A stretch of 20,000 nucleotides of DNA, taken from the NCBI GenBank assembly GCA_009602735.1, contig WELA01002990.1, positions 55,106 through 75,105 on the forward strand, read 5' to 3'. The position numbers and the translations under genes are program-made. This DNA is from Mesotaenium endlicherianum (taxonomy: Eukaryota). Positions 1 through 10,700 of the stretch are shown piece after piece; the first letter of the stretch is position 1, and each line of letters starts with the position of its first letter. The notes beneath the pieces were generated by a model that was not told the origin of the DNA, searched no databases, and saw only the letters and a list, made by a program, of their open reading frames with translations.

Positions 1-1
1 T

Positions 2-2623
2 ATCTGACACAATTCTTGATGGTAGTCCATGGAGTCGGAAGATGTTGTCAAAGATGAGTCTTGCAAGTTGTGGTGCTGTAGCCTTAGTCGTCGTGGGAAT
101 AAAATGAGCCATCTTGGTAAGTCTGTCCACCACCGTGAGTATTGCATTATGGCCTCGAGGTGTCACGGGCAAGTCCACGATAAGGTCCATTGAGATGTCC
201 GTCCATTGTCTTTCGGGGATTGGTAGTGGTTGGAGGAGTCCTCCCGCCTTTTGCGATGATGGCTTGATTCTTTGGCATGTGTCACAGCTCCTGCAGTACT
301 CCTTGACTTGCTTAGACATGCCTGGCCAACAATAAGTCCTAGCTAGAACGCCCGTGGTCCTTAGGATTCCAAAGTGTCCTCCAAGAGGGTTGTCGTGTGC
401 TTCTCGTAGAAGCAAGAGCCGGAGGTCTAAGTCATTAGGAACACATCTCTGGCCCGTATCTTGCCTCACCCAATAATTGCCTTCTTGCTTCTTGCATGGG
501 TCCAAGGCTGCTTCTCCGTTCTTGTAGTAAGGGTCTCTTTCATAGGCGGCTGAAAATCGAGCTTCCAGATCTGTCTTCAGGGATACCATCACTGCATTTA
601 ATTGCAGTCTTGAGAGGGGGTCAGCCGGGTTTGTCTTGCCGGGCTGGTACTGAATCGTGATGTTGTATTGTTGCAAGTATCCGCTCCATCTTGCTTGTCT
701 CCTTGAGAGATACGGCTGCGTTTGGAGGTGCTTTAACGCCTCGTGGTCCGTGGTGACCAGTACTTTGCGTCCTTCAACGTAGCAGCGCCAAACCTTCAAG
801 GCATGTACAATCGCCAATGCCTCTCGCTCCGTGGTTGTATAATTTTGCTCGGCTGGATTTAGCTTCCTTGACTCGTAGGCGATGGGCTGCAGTCCCTTGC
901 CTTGGTCTTGAAGCAGGATTGCTCCTATTGCATAGGAAGATGCATCGGTGATGACGTGGAAGGGCCAATCTGGGTTTGGACTTGGGAGTGTGAGCACCGG
1001 GGATGTGGTCAATCTTCGCTTTAACTCTTGAAATGCCTCTTCCTCTTTCTCGGTCCATGTATATAGCCTGTCCTTCTTGAGTAGATCTGTCAGGGGGGCT
1101 GCTATGTGCGAGAAGCCTTGGATGAATTTTCTGTACCAATTGGCAAATCCCAAGAATGACTGGAGTTCTTTCTTGGTCGTGGGGGTTGGCCATTCCTCCA
1201 CCACCGTGGTCTTCTTGGGGTCTATCTTGATGCCATCAGCAGTCACGTGGAGACCTAGGAACTCCACTTCTTGTTTGGCAAACTCGCATTTTGACTCCTT
1301 CGCAAACAGCTTGTTTTGCTTCAATACTTCAAGGACTTCTTTCAAGTGTCTCGCATGCTCTTCAAGGGTCTTGCTGTAGATAAGGATGTCATCGATGAAT
1401 ACCACCACAAATCTGTCCAACATGGGCTGAAATATGGTGTTCATCATAGTCATGAAAGTTGCTGGCGCGTTGGTGAGTCCAAATGGCAGGACCATGAACT
1501 CAAAATGTCCATATCTTGTCCTGAATGCCGTCTTCTCTATGTCCGGTTCTGCGATGCGAATCTGGTGGTAGCCGCTCCGTAAGTCAATCTTCGTGAAGTA
1601 CTTGGCTCCAACCAGCCGGTCCATGAGCTCATCCATGCGCGGCAGCGGGTATCGATTCTTGATGGTGATCTTGTTGAGGGCGCGATAGTCCACACACATC
1701 CTCAAGGTACCATCTTTCTTCTTGACAAATAGCACCGGGGCTCCAAATGGCGACTTGCTAGGTCGAATGAAGCCATGCTCCAGTAGCTCCTTGATTTGCT
1801 TCTTGACTTCGTCTAGCTCCGTGTATGACATTTTGAACGTAGGCCGAGAGATGGGCTTGCTTCCGGGCTCCAACTCTATCTTGTGGTCTACGAATCTTTT
1901 GGGGGGTAGGCCCTTGGGCAATTCCGGGGAGAACACTTCTTTGTAGTCCTCTAAGACTTCTTGTATCTCCTTGGGAACGGGGCTGCCTTCTTGACTCTCG
2001 ATGTCTTTCTTGATGTCTTTTGGCGTGATCAAGGCCAAAAGAAGCTCGTGTCCCTTCCTCACAAGTCTCTTGAGTTGGAGGGCGGACAATAGTATCTCGT
2101 GTGCCGGCTTCTGGATGTCTTGGGTCTGGATATTCTGGATTGCGCGCAAAATACAGATTCTTGAAGTGATGTCATTCTTGATCTTGATAGTACCGGTCCT
2201 CCAATCAACTTGGGGGTTGTGCTTGGTCAACCAAGGCGTCCCTAGGATGACGTCGTACTTGCCCAATTGCATGGGGGAGAACACTACTCTATCCTTGAAG
2301 GACTTGATAGAGAGTGCCAAGGGGTACGTCTTCTTGGAAGGGGTAGTATAGGAGAATCCATCGGGCATCATAATCTCCTCGTCGTGGTCAAGAGTTCGCA
2401 TAGTAATACCGTGCTTGGTGGCAAAATCTGCAGCAATGAAGTTGCCTTGAGCTCCGCTATCCACCAAGATGTGGACCTTCTCTCCTCCAAGGTAACCTCT
2501 CAAACTCATTGGGGCTGGAACGTCGTCTTCAACGGGGGTCTCCACCTCACTTGGCGTGTTGCCTTCTCGTGAAGTGGGTCTTGGGGTGGTAGGCTCCTGG
2601 CCTACCGGCGCTGTCCGTTTTTT
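2..2623 (-). CDS. pol: Retrotransposon Pol: protease, reverse transcriptase, RNase H, integrase N-terminal part; 3'-truncated by the window; -1 frame relative to gag
   Basis: Hand translation: [10 protein letters not shown] (PR); [42 protein letters not shown] (RT); [22 protein letters not shown] (RH); HDNPLGGH...[18 protein letters not shown] (IN). Absent from the ORF track, presumably because it has no stop in the window. Confidence 0.96.
2588..2623 (-). other. Programmed -1 ribosomal frameshift signal
   Basis: A AAA AAC in gag phase (2623-2617), then a 10-nt spacer, then the hairpin GGTAGGC-CAGGA-GCCTACC (2606-2588). The -1 frame leads directly into the protease. Confidence 0.85.
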
Positions 2624-3882
2624 GACAACTTTTTGGGGCATGAAAGTGCACGATGGCCCTTTTCCTTGCAATAAAAGCATAGTCCAGCCGTCATGAGAGC
2701 TTCTTTTTCAGCCGGGGAGAGTCTTGCTTTCACTCCTTGCTGGTTTCTTGCATCATAAGTGTCATTGGAGGGTCTTCCACTCTTCCGGGCAGCCGCGGGG
2801 TCCCTTTTAATAACTCCGATTTCCATGGGTGTGGGTCCAGATTCGGATGTGGAAGGGGCTGCGTACACCCGCGTCGTCGGTACCCGTGAAGATGAAGGCA
2901 CGGAGTGCTTGAAATCCAAGGTATCCACCTTTTGGGCCACTTCAATGATCTTTGAGAAGTCCGTCAAGTCGCGTAACTCCACTTCCTTTGCCACCTTGGG
3001 TTTGAGGCCAAAGATGTAGCGGTCAATCTTCTCCTCGAGAGACATGTTGGGGATCTCAAGAGTGAGGGCGTGAAATCTGGATGTATACTCTTGAACGGAC
3101 GTCGTTTGCTTGAGATGGTGGAGCTTTCCTCGGGCAATCTTCTCCGCATTGATGGGCATGAATTGCTTCTTGAGGGCCTCACGAAAATCTGCCCATCTTG
3201 CATATGATGGTGGGGGCTCTTGGCCGAGCATGGGGTGCGCCATAGCTTGATATATAGCCGCTTGATAGTTACGCCACCATGATGTTGCTGCTCCTCTAAG
3301 TAAGGTAACGGCAAAGGGAACGTAGTCCTCCTCGGGTACTTCAAGGAATGCGAGGTACGTCTCCACTTGGTAGAGCCATAAATTCAGGTTGGCACCTTTC
3401 CCGGGGTTGAAAGTGTCGGGTTTGCCGGGCTTGATGAGTTTCCTTGCTCTCGTTGGCTCTTGTGGAGGCGCTTGAGCCGGGGCTGGATTTTGAGCATTGC
3501 TCGCAATAGGGGCAACCATGGCAGCCATAGCTTCTCTTGACGCTTGCACGGTTGCTTCATAGGTGGCCAAGCCCACTTGGTTGTGGACGGTCATTAGGAA
3601 GGCTGCCCACTCATTTGCGGGAACTCCTTGTGGTGGGGTCAACTTTGCTATAGCGGCTGCCACGGGATTTGACGGTGCTCCTCCTTGTGGTGCTTCTTGT
3701 TGTTGGAGATTTCCTTGAGTAGGCTCTCCCATCGACGCTGGAGGAGGGTGTGCTCCTCCTTGTGGTGCTTCTTGTTGTTGCAGATTTTCTTGAGTGGGCT
3801 CTCCCATCGGCGCTGGAGGAGGGTGTCTTGGAGAGGAAGGGCTTCCTTCGAAAGCTTGCTGTTGGTCTTGAGGATCGGCCAT
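2602..3882 (-). CDS. gag: Retrotransposon Gag (426 aa)
   Basis: Capsid-like motifs ([41 protein letters not shown]), GPTPMEIG, and a CX2CX4HX4C zinc knuckle ([14 protein letters not shown]). Ends in TAG. Confidence 0.96.
   Translation of the reverse strand: MADPQDQQQAFEGSPSSPRHPPPAPMGEPTQENLQQQEAPQGGAHPPPASMGEPTQGNLQQQEAPQGGAPSNPVAAAIAKLTPPQGVPANEWAAFLMTVHNQVGLATYEATVQASREAMAAMVAPIASNAQNPAPAQAPPQEPTRARKLIKPGKPDTFNPGKGANLNLWLYQVETYLAFLEVPEEDYVPFAVTLLRGAATSWWRNYQAAIYQAMAHPMLGQEPPPSYARWADFREALKKQFMPINAEKIARGKLHHLKQTTSVQEYTSRFHALTLEIPNMSLEEKIDRYIFGLKPKVAKEVELRDLTDFSKIIEVAQKVDTLDFKHSVPSSSRVPTTRVYAAPSTSESGPTPMEIGVIKRDPAAARKSGRPSNDTYDARNQQGVKARLSPAEKEALMTAGLCFYCKEKGHRALSCPKKLSKNGQRR
3675..3826 (-). 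repeat. 75-bp (25-aa) tandem duplication in the gag N-terminus
   Basis: [25 protein letters not shown] / [25 protein letters not shown]; period exactly 75 nt. Confidence 0.95.
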
Positions 3883-3906
3883 CTTCTTGTGCTACCAAAG
3901 TGCCTA

Positions 3907-3918
3907 GCTCCGATACCA
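3907..3918 (-). other. Primer-binding site complementary to initiator tRNA-Met
   Basis: Minus strand reads TGGTATCGGAGC right after the LTR's ...CA, versus the usual TGGTATCAGAGC. The single difference allows a G:U pair. Confidence 0.92.
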
Positions 3919-3919
3919 C

Positions 3920-4422
3920 TGTAGTGAAACAGATAGATAAAGTACTTAGTAAAACAGAATACTTTATCTATTCAAGACAAGGATCTTTGAACACAAGTGG
4001 TAGCTTCTTGAAAGAGAGATGGCTTCTTGAAAGTTAATATATTTCTGGATTTTGGCAAGTACAAGAGTGATTCTGGAATGTCTTTCTATGTTCTAGCTCT
4101 TGTTTATATACTTGCTACATAAGTAATTTCTAGGAAGGTGTATGTTGATGTGTTGGCACCCAACACATCCCAAAACTTGCCACCTCTTTCTAGAATAATG
4201 TACACATGTCCTTTTGACCTAAAAATGGCACATTTGACTTTTGCCACATGGAGTTCTTCTAGGTCTTTCCTCTAACTTCGAAAATGCCTTGGAAGGTTCA
4301 AAGGACATGAACCAAGTTACTAGAGTACCTATTCACACTTGACTCCACACCATACTACTTCAAATATATTTGAAAACATTAAAATATATGCAAACTAATG
4401 TATAATAACTCAAATCACTACA
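3920..4422 (-). repeat. 5' LTR, 503 bp
   Basis: Bounded by 8-bp inverted termini TGTAGTGA (3920) and TCACTACA (ending 4422). Ends 1 nt before the PBS. AT-rich. The second LTR is not in the window. Confidence 0.88.
4102..4110 (-). promoter_or_regulatory. Putative LTR TATA box
   Basis: TATATAAAC on the minus strand within the LTR, oriented toward gag. Confidence 0.55.
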
Positions 4423-4444
4423 TTAGCGGTGTTGTAGCAGGAGC

Positions 4445-5005
4445 TTTTCCAAATTTGGGCTATGCACTAAGTAGCTTCTAGATGCCTTGTGTCAACATGA
4501 TGCATGTGGCCTTGGCCTATTACCTTGCTTGATAGTATGTCGTCGATGCTGCCTTGTCAAATCATAACATACGTGTTCAAAGTTGCATAGCAATGAACAA
4601 TGCATGCATGATACTGATAAGGAGGCAAATTGAGCTGGTCTTTCATTGATTTTTATTTGTACACTTGTATAAGTTTGAAGAGACTATGAGTTGTAGAACT
4701 GTGAAGGATAGTAGATACTGTCTTGAAAGTTGAGAACAAACTAGACTGCTTCATCAGAGAAATAAAATCTCCTCTGTACATAACTGGACAGTCTATAGTT
4801 GTGAATGCTTATCAACGAGTTAGAATGCTTTCTTCCTATACATAACGCATCTACAATGTAGCAGGAATCCTGTCGTACAACGCTGGCATAGAGCAAGTCT
4901 AATGTTAAAAGATCTAAGTGCCTACAATATTCTTAAAGAAATGCTTGTCATGCAAAGCATGATATTATTGGAAGTTTGAAGTCCTGACCCAGCTGAAATT
5001 AGATC
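4445..5005 (+). pseudogene. Possible heavily decayed PPR-like coding remnant
   Basis: Fragments across frames: LLDALCQH, HVALAYY, LLDSM, SIVVNAYQR, LSYNAGI, AYNILKEM, SPD. Many stops and shifts; pattern impression only. Confidence 0.25.
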
Positions 5006-5638
5006 TTATGGCTGATATCGATTGAAGTGTATCAGCCAATCAGCCAATGCAAACATTGACGTCAAGGACAATGTGAGGTCCACAAGTCCAACTGCAACTA
5101 ACCGGCAGTATTTAATACCACTTACTTTAGGCAGATCAAATCACCGTTACACACGAATGTGGCTAGAAAGATCATTTGCAGAAGTGGTGGGCTTGAGGTT
5201 ACGGAAGAAAAATATGTCTACGCTTCTTAGCACCTGCTCTCCTTTCTCCCGCCCTGCCCACAGCCGCCCTCCCCTTGGGGACTTTTCCTATAGAGCTACT
5301 CTGCCGTATTGTACAGTGCACAGTGCACACACTCTCCTCATCTGCTTTGAACCCCCCTCCCTCCCATCCGACTCCCTCGTACCAGCTTGCGAGGTCTGCC
5401 TGCGGCTGAGAGGGTTGCTCGTGCTTGTGCTGGAAGTTGACCAGTGACTGATGGAAAGCGCTCGAGCATGCAGGAGTTTGCACCATCGCTGCCCATGTTG
5501 CTGCTATTACGGCCAGACTGTCTTCAAATGTGCATCCTTCCATGCATCATGGGTGTGTGGCCATGCTTGTTTGGGTGAGTGAGCTTGTGTGCTAGTTAGA
5601 TGTGATTGGGTCTCATTAGTGATTCTGCAACATGCATG

Positions 5639-5668
5639 TCAGCTGAAACCTTCATGCGGTTTCTGAGC
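5639..5668 (-). CDS. Candidate terminal exon (AQKPHEGFS*)
   Basis: Strong acceptor CTTGCTTTTCCTGCAG| with a phase-0 read to TGA. Other acceptors between 6.4 and 7.6 kb are also possible. Confidence 0.3.
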   Translation of the reverse strand, partial: AQKPHEGFS

Positions 5669-7243
5669 CTGCAGGAAAAGCAAGGGACTTTCAAATATGC
5701 TGTGTTAGTAGCTACTGGCTTGCCCATTCGGTGTGTGCTGCACTGCTGCACTAAATGGTATCATGAATGTACACAACTGCACCCCACCTTCTATATTATG
5801 TCTTCTGACACGTGGTTCTTGCATGGTGAATTGCAAGTGGACTTGGTACTTTCTCAACACATGTCGAACAGGTGCAGGGCCAAAGATTGACAGTGTCCAA
5901 CGTGCATGATATTTCAATTAATTAAGTTCATCATTTCCCCACATCACCATGCAAAATGCCCAGTGTGGATCCCGTGCAAAAGCCGTGCCATTTACATGCA
6001 CTCAATGGTACAATTGAGTCACAATTGTGATGCATTTGTATTTTTGAACAAGAAGTGTTTAATTTCTTTCCTCAGTACATTTCTTGGATTAAGCTGCTGT
6101 CAAAATTCTTACTACTGGACAGCTCGCTCTGCTGCAGCTACAAAGAAAAGTTCGACAGCTCCTTCAAAAATTATGATGAATCCAATGCAATTAAAGAGTT
6201 TGAAAGCTGGGAGAATGCGCCTCACGGGCAAAAATGTGCACCCGTGCACACATGCGTATAGAAGAGCCTAATGCTCTGGGACGAGCCGGTTCTGGAACCT
6301 TGTGCACATCCTAGAGCGAACCTATTTGTTATAAACACGCGTGTGTGCGCTGCCCAACTGGCACACACAGGAGATGAGTAAACCGCACATTTAGTCCTGC
6401 GGCCGTTACCTGGACCCTGCCCCGTTTCTGTGAACTCAGTGCGAGGCTCACAAGCGATCCCATAAGGTACACAGATAGGAGAAAGGGCCCCACCGTGAGA
6501 CAGTAATACTAAGCTTGTGGCAAAGGGGATCTTATTCGGCTTGTCTTATTCTTCGTCCACCAAGCGCCGCCGCAAAAGGAGTGCAAAGTAGGGTCAAGCG
6601 TCGGGCCTTGTCTCGTAGTCCTGATACACCAGAGCCGCCGCCGCCCGGGCGGCACCTGACGAGCGGTACTTCGTCTTCAGCGATGCCATCAGAGTCCCGT
6701 GCGACTCCTGCTCCCGATATAGTCCCATCCCCCCCCCCCCCGCCCGCCCCGCACACGCACACCCTCACACCAGATACATGTGTCAACAAGAGCCGCGTAC
6801 GAGTGGATGAGGACGAGGCACACTGCTCTAGCTCTCTGCCGGCCCCCCACAGCCTAGCAGGCAGAGTGGTCATCATCAGCAGCGCATCACATGGGGAAGA
6901 TGACTACCAAGGCAAGCTGTCTTAACCACGCCCCCGTCCCCACCCCCCAAGGTGGAAGCAAGGTGGAAGCCGCCAGCAAATTGCAGGCGACAAGATGCGG
7001 GTGCATGCGGCCTTGCTGCTCTCAGGACTAGCACAGGAGGACTTTTTGCAGTTGCACAGCAGAGGAGAGAGGATGAAGAGAAACTCCCGCGTACCCTTCC
7101 TGCCTGTCGCTCCGAGTCCCAATAAGCATTCTCCCCCGGGAAAGGTCCTCCCAACAAAGCACACGCAAAGAAGGGCACATGCGTGGACGTGGCAGCTGTA
7201 CTCTCGCTTGTCCCAGGAGTAGCGGTACCTGGGCAGGTACTCG

Positions 7244-7276
7244 GGCAGGCAGGCAGGCAGGCAGGCAGCAGGCAGG
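7244..7276 (+). repeat. (GGCA)n microsatellite
   Basis: Read directly from the sequence. Confidence 0.9.
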
Positions 7277-7745
7277 GACATATGGCGTGCAGACAGCTAG
7301 AGAATGTGCTCTTCGAGCTTTATTGGGTACCCCACTTACCTCCCCTCCCCCCCCCTCTACGCTTCCTACCTCCCTCTCCTCCCCTCTCTGCAAAGGCCCC
7401 TATCCCGGAAGGCAAAGCACACCCATGCAGGTACCTGCCTGCAGTAGGCGCACGGTTTTACTGGGAGCCTGGGTCGCTCGTCTTTCCTCCCCATCTGGCG
7501 GGTCGAGACAGAGTAGGGGCCAGAGGCCAGCAATTAGGGGCAAGTGTGTACGCGCAGGCACGTGGGCAGGCCTTCCCACTGAGCGTGGAGAGTCCCTCCT
7601 AAGAGGCCAGGTGTACTTTGGAGGCGAGTTGAGGGCCTGAGCTCCTCAGCGACAGGGGTAGAACGAGGAAGAGCAAGAGCAAGAGGACGAGCACGAGCAC
7701 GAGGCAGGCTGGGAAGCGATTGGGGAAGCAGAAGAGGAGGGGCAC

Positions 7746-7790
7746 CTGCAGGGCTCGCAGCTCCGCCTTGGCCGCTCTCGCCGCCCGCCT
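7746..7790 (-). CDS. Exon 7, coiled coil (RRAARAAKAELRALQ)
   Basis: Strong acceptor TTTTCTTGCAG|, donor CAG|GTGCCC; continues the exon 6 helix. Confidence 0.8.
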
Positions 7791-10700
7791 CTGCAAGAAA
7801 AGCAAGGACAAGGAAGGGGGAGGGGCGGGGTCAGAACAGACGGCACACGTCAGCAGCCGGCAGCCGCAGAGATGCAAGGCAGCGAGCAGCTCAGGTGCGA
7901 GAGCACTGGCTGGTACGCGACGGACACAAGCATGAGCTCCATCATTACACTGAAAAGAGCTAGTAAACATTCAGCAAACGAGTACTAAGTACATGTACAC
8001 CCACACGCACATATCTGACCCGCGCATATGTATCTGCGTGCGCGTCCATGCTTTCCGGCGCGCGCGCCGGTACACGTGCAGCGAGTATGTTCGTGTGCAT
8101 GTGAGCATCCAAGTGCCTAATTTACAAGCGTGTGTTATATTTAACAGATGTACAAAGAACTGAGCAGACACATTTTGAGCTCGAGTCTTTGGAATTCGAA
8201 GATCTTTAGGCATATCCATGCCTGTCCACGCACGCTCGCACGCTCACACACAATGACGGCACACGAACGCGTGAACTGTAATACAGGTGCTCACAAGGAA
8301 AGGCCACGTGTACTACTGCATGCTCCTCCAGAATGAGTGGGGGAGGCAGGTCGAAGGAATAACTCAATTTTGGGGGGGGGGGGGGNNNNNNNNNNNNNNN
8401 NNNNNNNNNNNNNNNNNNNNNNNNNNNNNNNNNNNNNNNNNNNNNNNNNNNNNNNNNNNNNNNNNNNNNNNNNNNNNNNNNNNNNNNNNNNNNNNNNNNN
8501 NNNNNNNNNNNNNNNNNNNNNNNNNNNNNNNNNNNNNNNNNNNNNNNNNNNNNNNNNNGTGTGGGGTGGGCGAGGGGAGGGAAAGTGAAACATCAAAAAC
8601 ACACTAAAGAAACTACTTAAGTGCGCACGCTTACTTTGGGTTCAGAATCGAACACAGGACTCGGGACAGAGTACAATAAGGCCTTGGGCAGCTCCAGGTT
8701 CCGCGATTCTGAGTGGAGTGCTTGCGGGAGTGGTTGCACAGGCAGAGGAGCTCTCCGAAGTTATACCTGGGGGGTTATATCTGAATTACGGCTGCGTCCA
8801 GGGTATTTGGGCCCCGTTATAATGTTAGCGTTTGGGTTAGGGGCCTGCAGGGGTTATGAGGGGGGGGCACCTCTTCTTGGAGGTGGAGCTCGAGCTCGAC
8901 GAGGCGCGTGCGCTCCGACGCCAGAGACTCCATAGCTGCCTTGCGGTCGAGCTCCGCCGCCTTGGCGGACTTGCGCAGGTCGTCCAGCCTCCTCCTCAGG
9001 GTGCCCTGCGACTGCCACGCGGCAGGAGCAGCAACAGCAGCAGTATCAGCAGAAGCACGCGCGCCAGACGTGCACGGTTTGGGGAGCATCAGCAGCACGG
9101 GGGGAGCTGCAATGGAGTCTCAAAGAGCATGCCAGTCGGTGCTGGTAGATGCTAGCACACGCATGGGCACACGCGCGCGCACACATACACATACGCGCAC
9201 ACGCACACACACACATACACACATATTTGCGCGCGCCCACGCATGCACGAGGGGCTCACACACTCACGGCAAAGACAATAAAGATGGAGGATGCCGGGCA
9301 GGCACACTTTGGAAGCTTGCAGTGACCGGGTGATGCGCGGAGTGACTGCCGGCTCACCGAATCTCTCGGCCGCATTGTGGCGCTCTGCCAAGACTGCAGA
9401 CGCTCTCCCTCCTGCTGCGCCTGGTGCGCTTCAAGTGGCTGCCCGCCACCTGTCCTCCTTGTGCCAGCTGTCGCCGCTCCAGCATAGTAGTGGCCATCGC
9501 TGTCAAAGTAAGAGAACGGCTGCACCTGGCGATTCTGCCCAGAGAATCCGGTCGCCAATTTTCTCAGCTGCCCAAACCAACTCTCCTGCTGCTTCTGCCT
9601 CTCCAGGTCAGCATAGAACTGCCTCCGCCATCCAACGTTCCTGCCAGCGGACACCCGACCATTCCCGGTGCCAGCTGGCTTTTCGAGAGCAAACGCCCTG
9701 CCAACAGGTGTCACCTCCCCAGCCAGCACCGCGGCAGGCGAGACTCTGCTCCGAGTGGCCGCAGCCAAATTTGTCAACGGGCCGTAGCTAGAGGTCGCGC
9801 CGTACTGCCAATGGCTCCCTGTGGGGACCCCTTGGCTGCCAGCGGTGCGCCAAATGTCACCTCCCTGCGCCTCGGGGATTTGACCCTGCAGCCTGCGAGC
9901 GTGCCTCTGGGGAGATGTGCCGAGTGGATCGGCACTGGCTGATTCATAATCATCATGATCGCTAGTATCATAATCATCGTGATTAGCATAGGAGTCAGCT
10001 GACTTGGGCGACGACGCGTGCTCGTATAAGGCGGCTGCGGCACTACTGCTAGCACTCCCCCCATGGGCTCCCTCCTCAGAGGGGTGGGGGTAGTAGGGCG
10101 GCATTTGACGCCCGCCGTCGCCGCCGGCGTAGCGAGTGCCAGAGTGAGCAGCACCAAGGGCGTAGCTGGAGCCGGAGGCAGCGGCTGCTCCCGCTGCCGC
10201 AGCAGCGCTCCTGGAGAACGCAGGATGATCGTCAACTGCCGATGCCAGGTGGCGAGCTCTGGTAGGATCCCAGAAGCCTCCGCCTGTGCCTGCGCCTGCG
10301 CCCGGGCTGAGGTCCTGGCGGGCGGCGGGGAAGAGGTCCTTCTCCATCGCCCGCAGCTTCTGGAAGTTCACAGGCTTGCGGCGCCTGCTGCCAGCGGCGC
10401 CGTAGGGCAGCAGGGGATGCGTGCGCCCGCCACCTGGACGCGCCAAGAGGTGCCAACAGGTGGCAGCCAGCAGGGAGGCGCCGAGGGCGCATCCCGCCAG
10501 GGACGCGCCAAGTGGCACGGTGGAGCCGGGCGGCAGGAAGGGCGTGGGCATGTGTACAGCTGTCACAAGCTTGCCTGCAATGCACAAAGGCGTAGAAAGA
10601 ACAGAATTTGGCGTTATGTTTGAAAATGGTACACTCGACTGAGCAAGCGAGCGTGGAATATGAGGGGGGGGAGAAGGGGGTGCGGAGGGAGAGGATGCGT

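Larger units (their letters stand above)
1..4422 (-). mobile_element. Ty3/gypsy LTR retrotransposon, chromovirus-like; 5' portion (3' end lies beyond the left window edge)
   Basis: LTR, PBS, gag and pol with gypsy domain order PR-RT-RH-IN. Pol was translated by hand over 2623..2 with no stop. Confidence 0.97.

Noticed and set aside
1389..1400. RT catalytic motif FIDD instead of YxDD as a sign of inactivation
   Set aside because: [12 protein letters not shown] is a normal variant in plant Tekay/Del-type elements.
2602..2604. Stop-codon readthrough between gag and pol
   Set aside because: Pol is in the -1 frame, not in frame with the TAG.
114..4037. Short plus-strand and alternate-frame ORFs over the retrotransposon
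   Set aside because: Shadows of gag and pol; no independent motifs.
5199..6925. ORFs at 5199-5543, 5906-6271, 6055-6261 and 6515-6925 as genes
   Set aside because: No recognisable domain or convincing exon chain; may be UTR, intron or decayed sequence.
8055..8070. 16-bp palindromes (CCGGCGCGCGCGCCGG; also CACATGCATGCATGTG at ~13195)
   Set aside because: Expected by chance in alternating CG/CATG low-complexity DNA.
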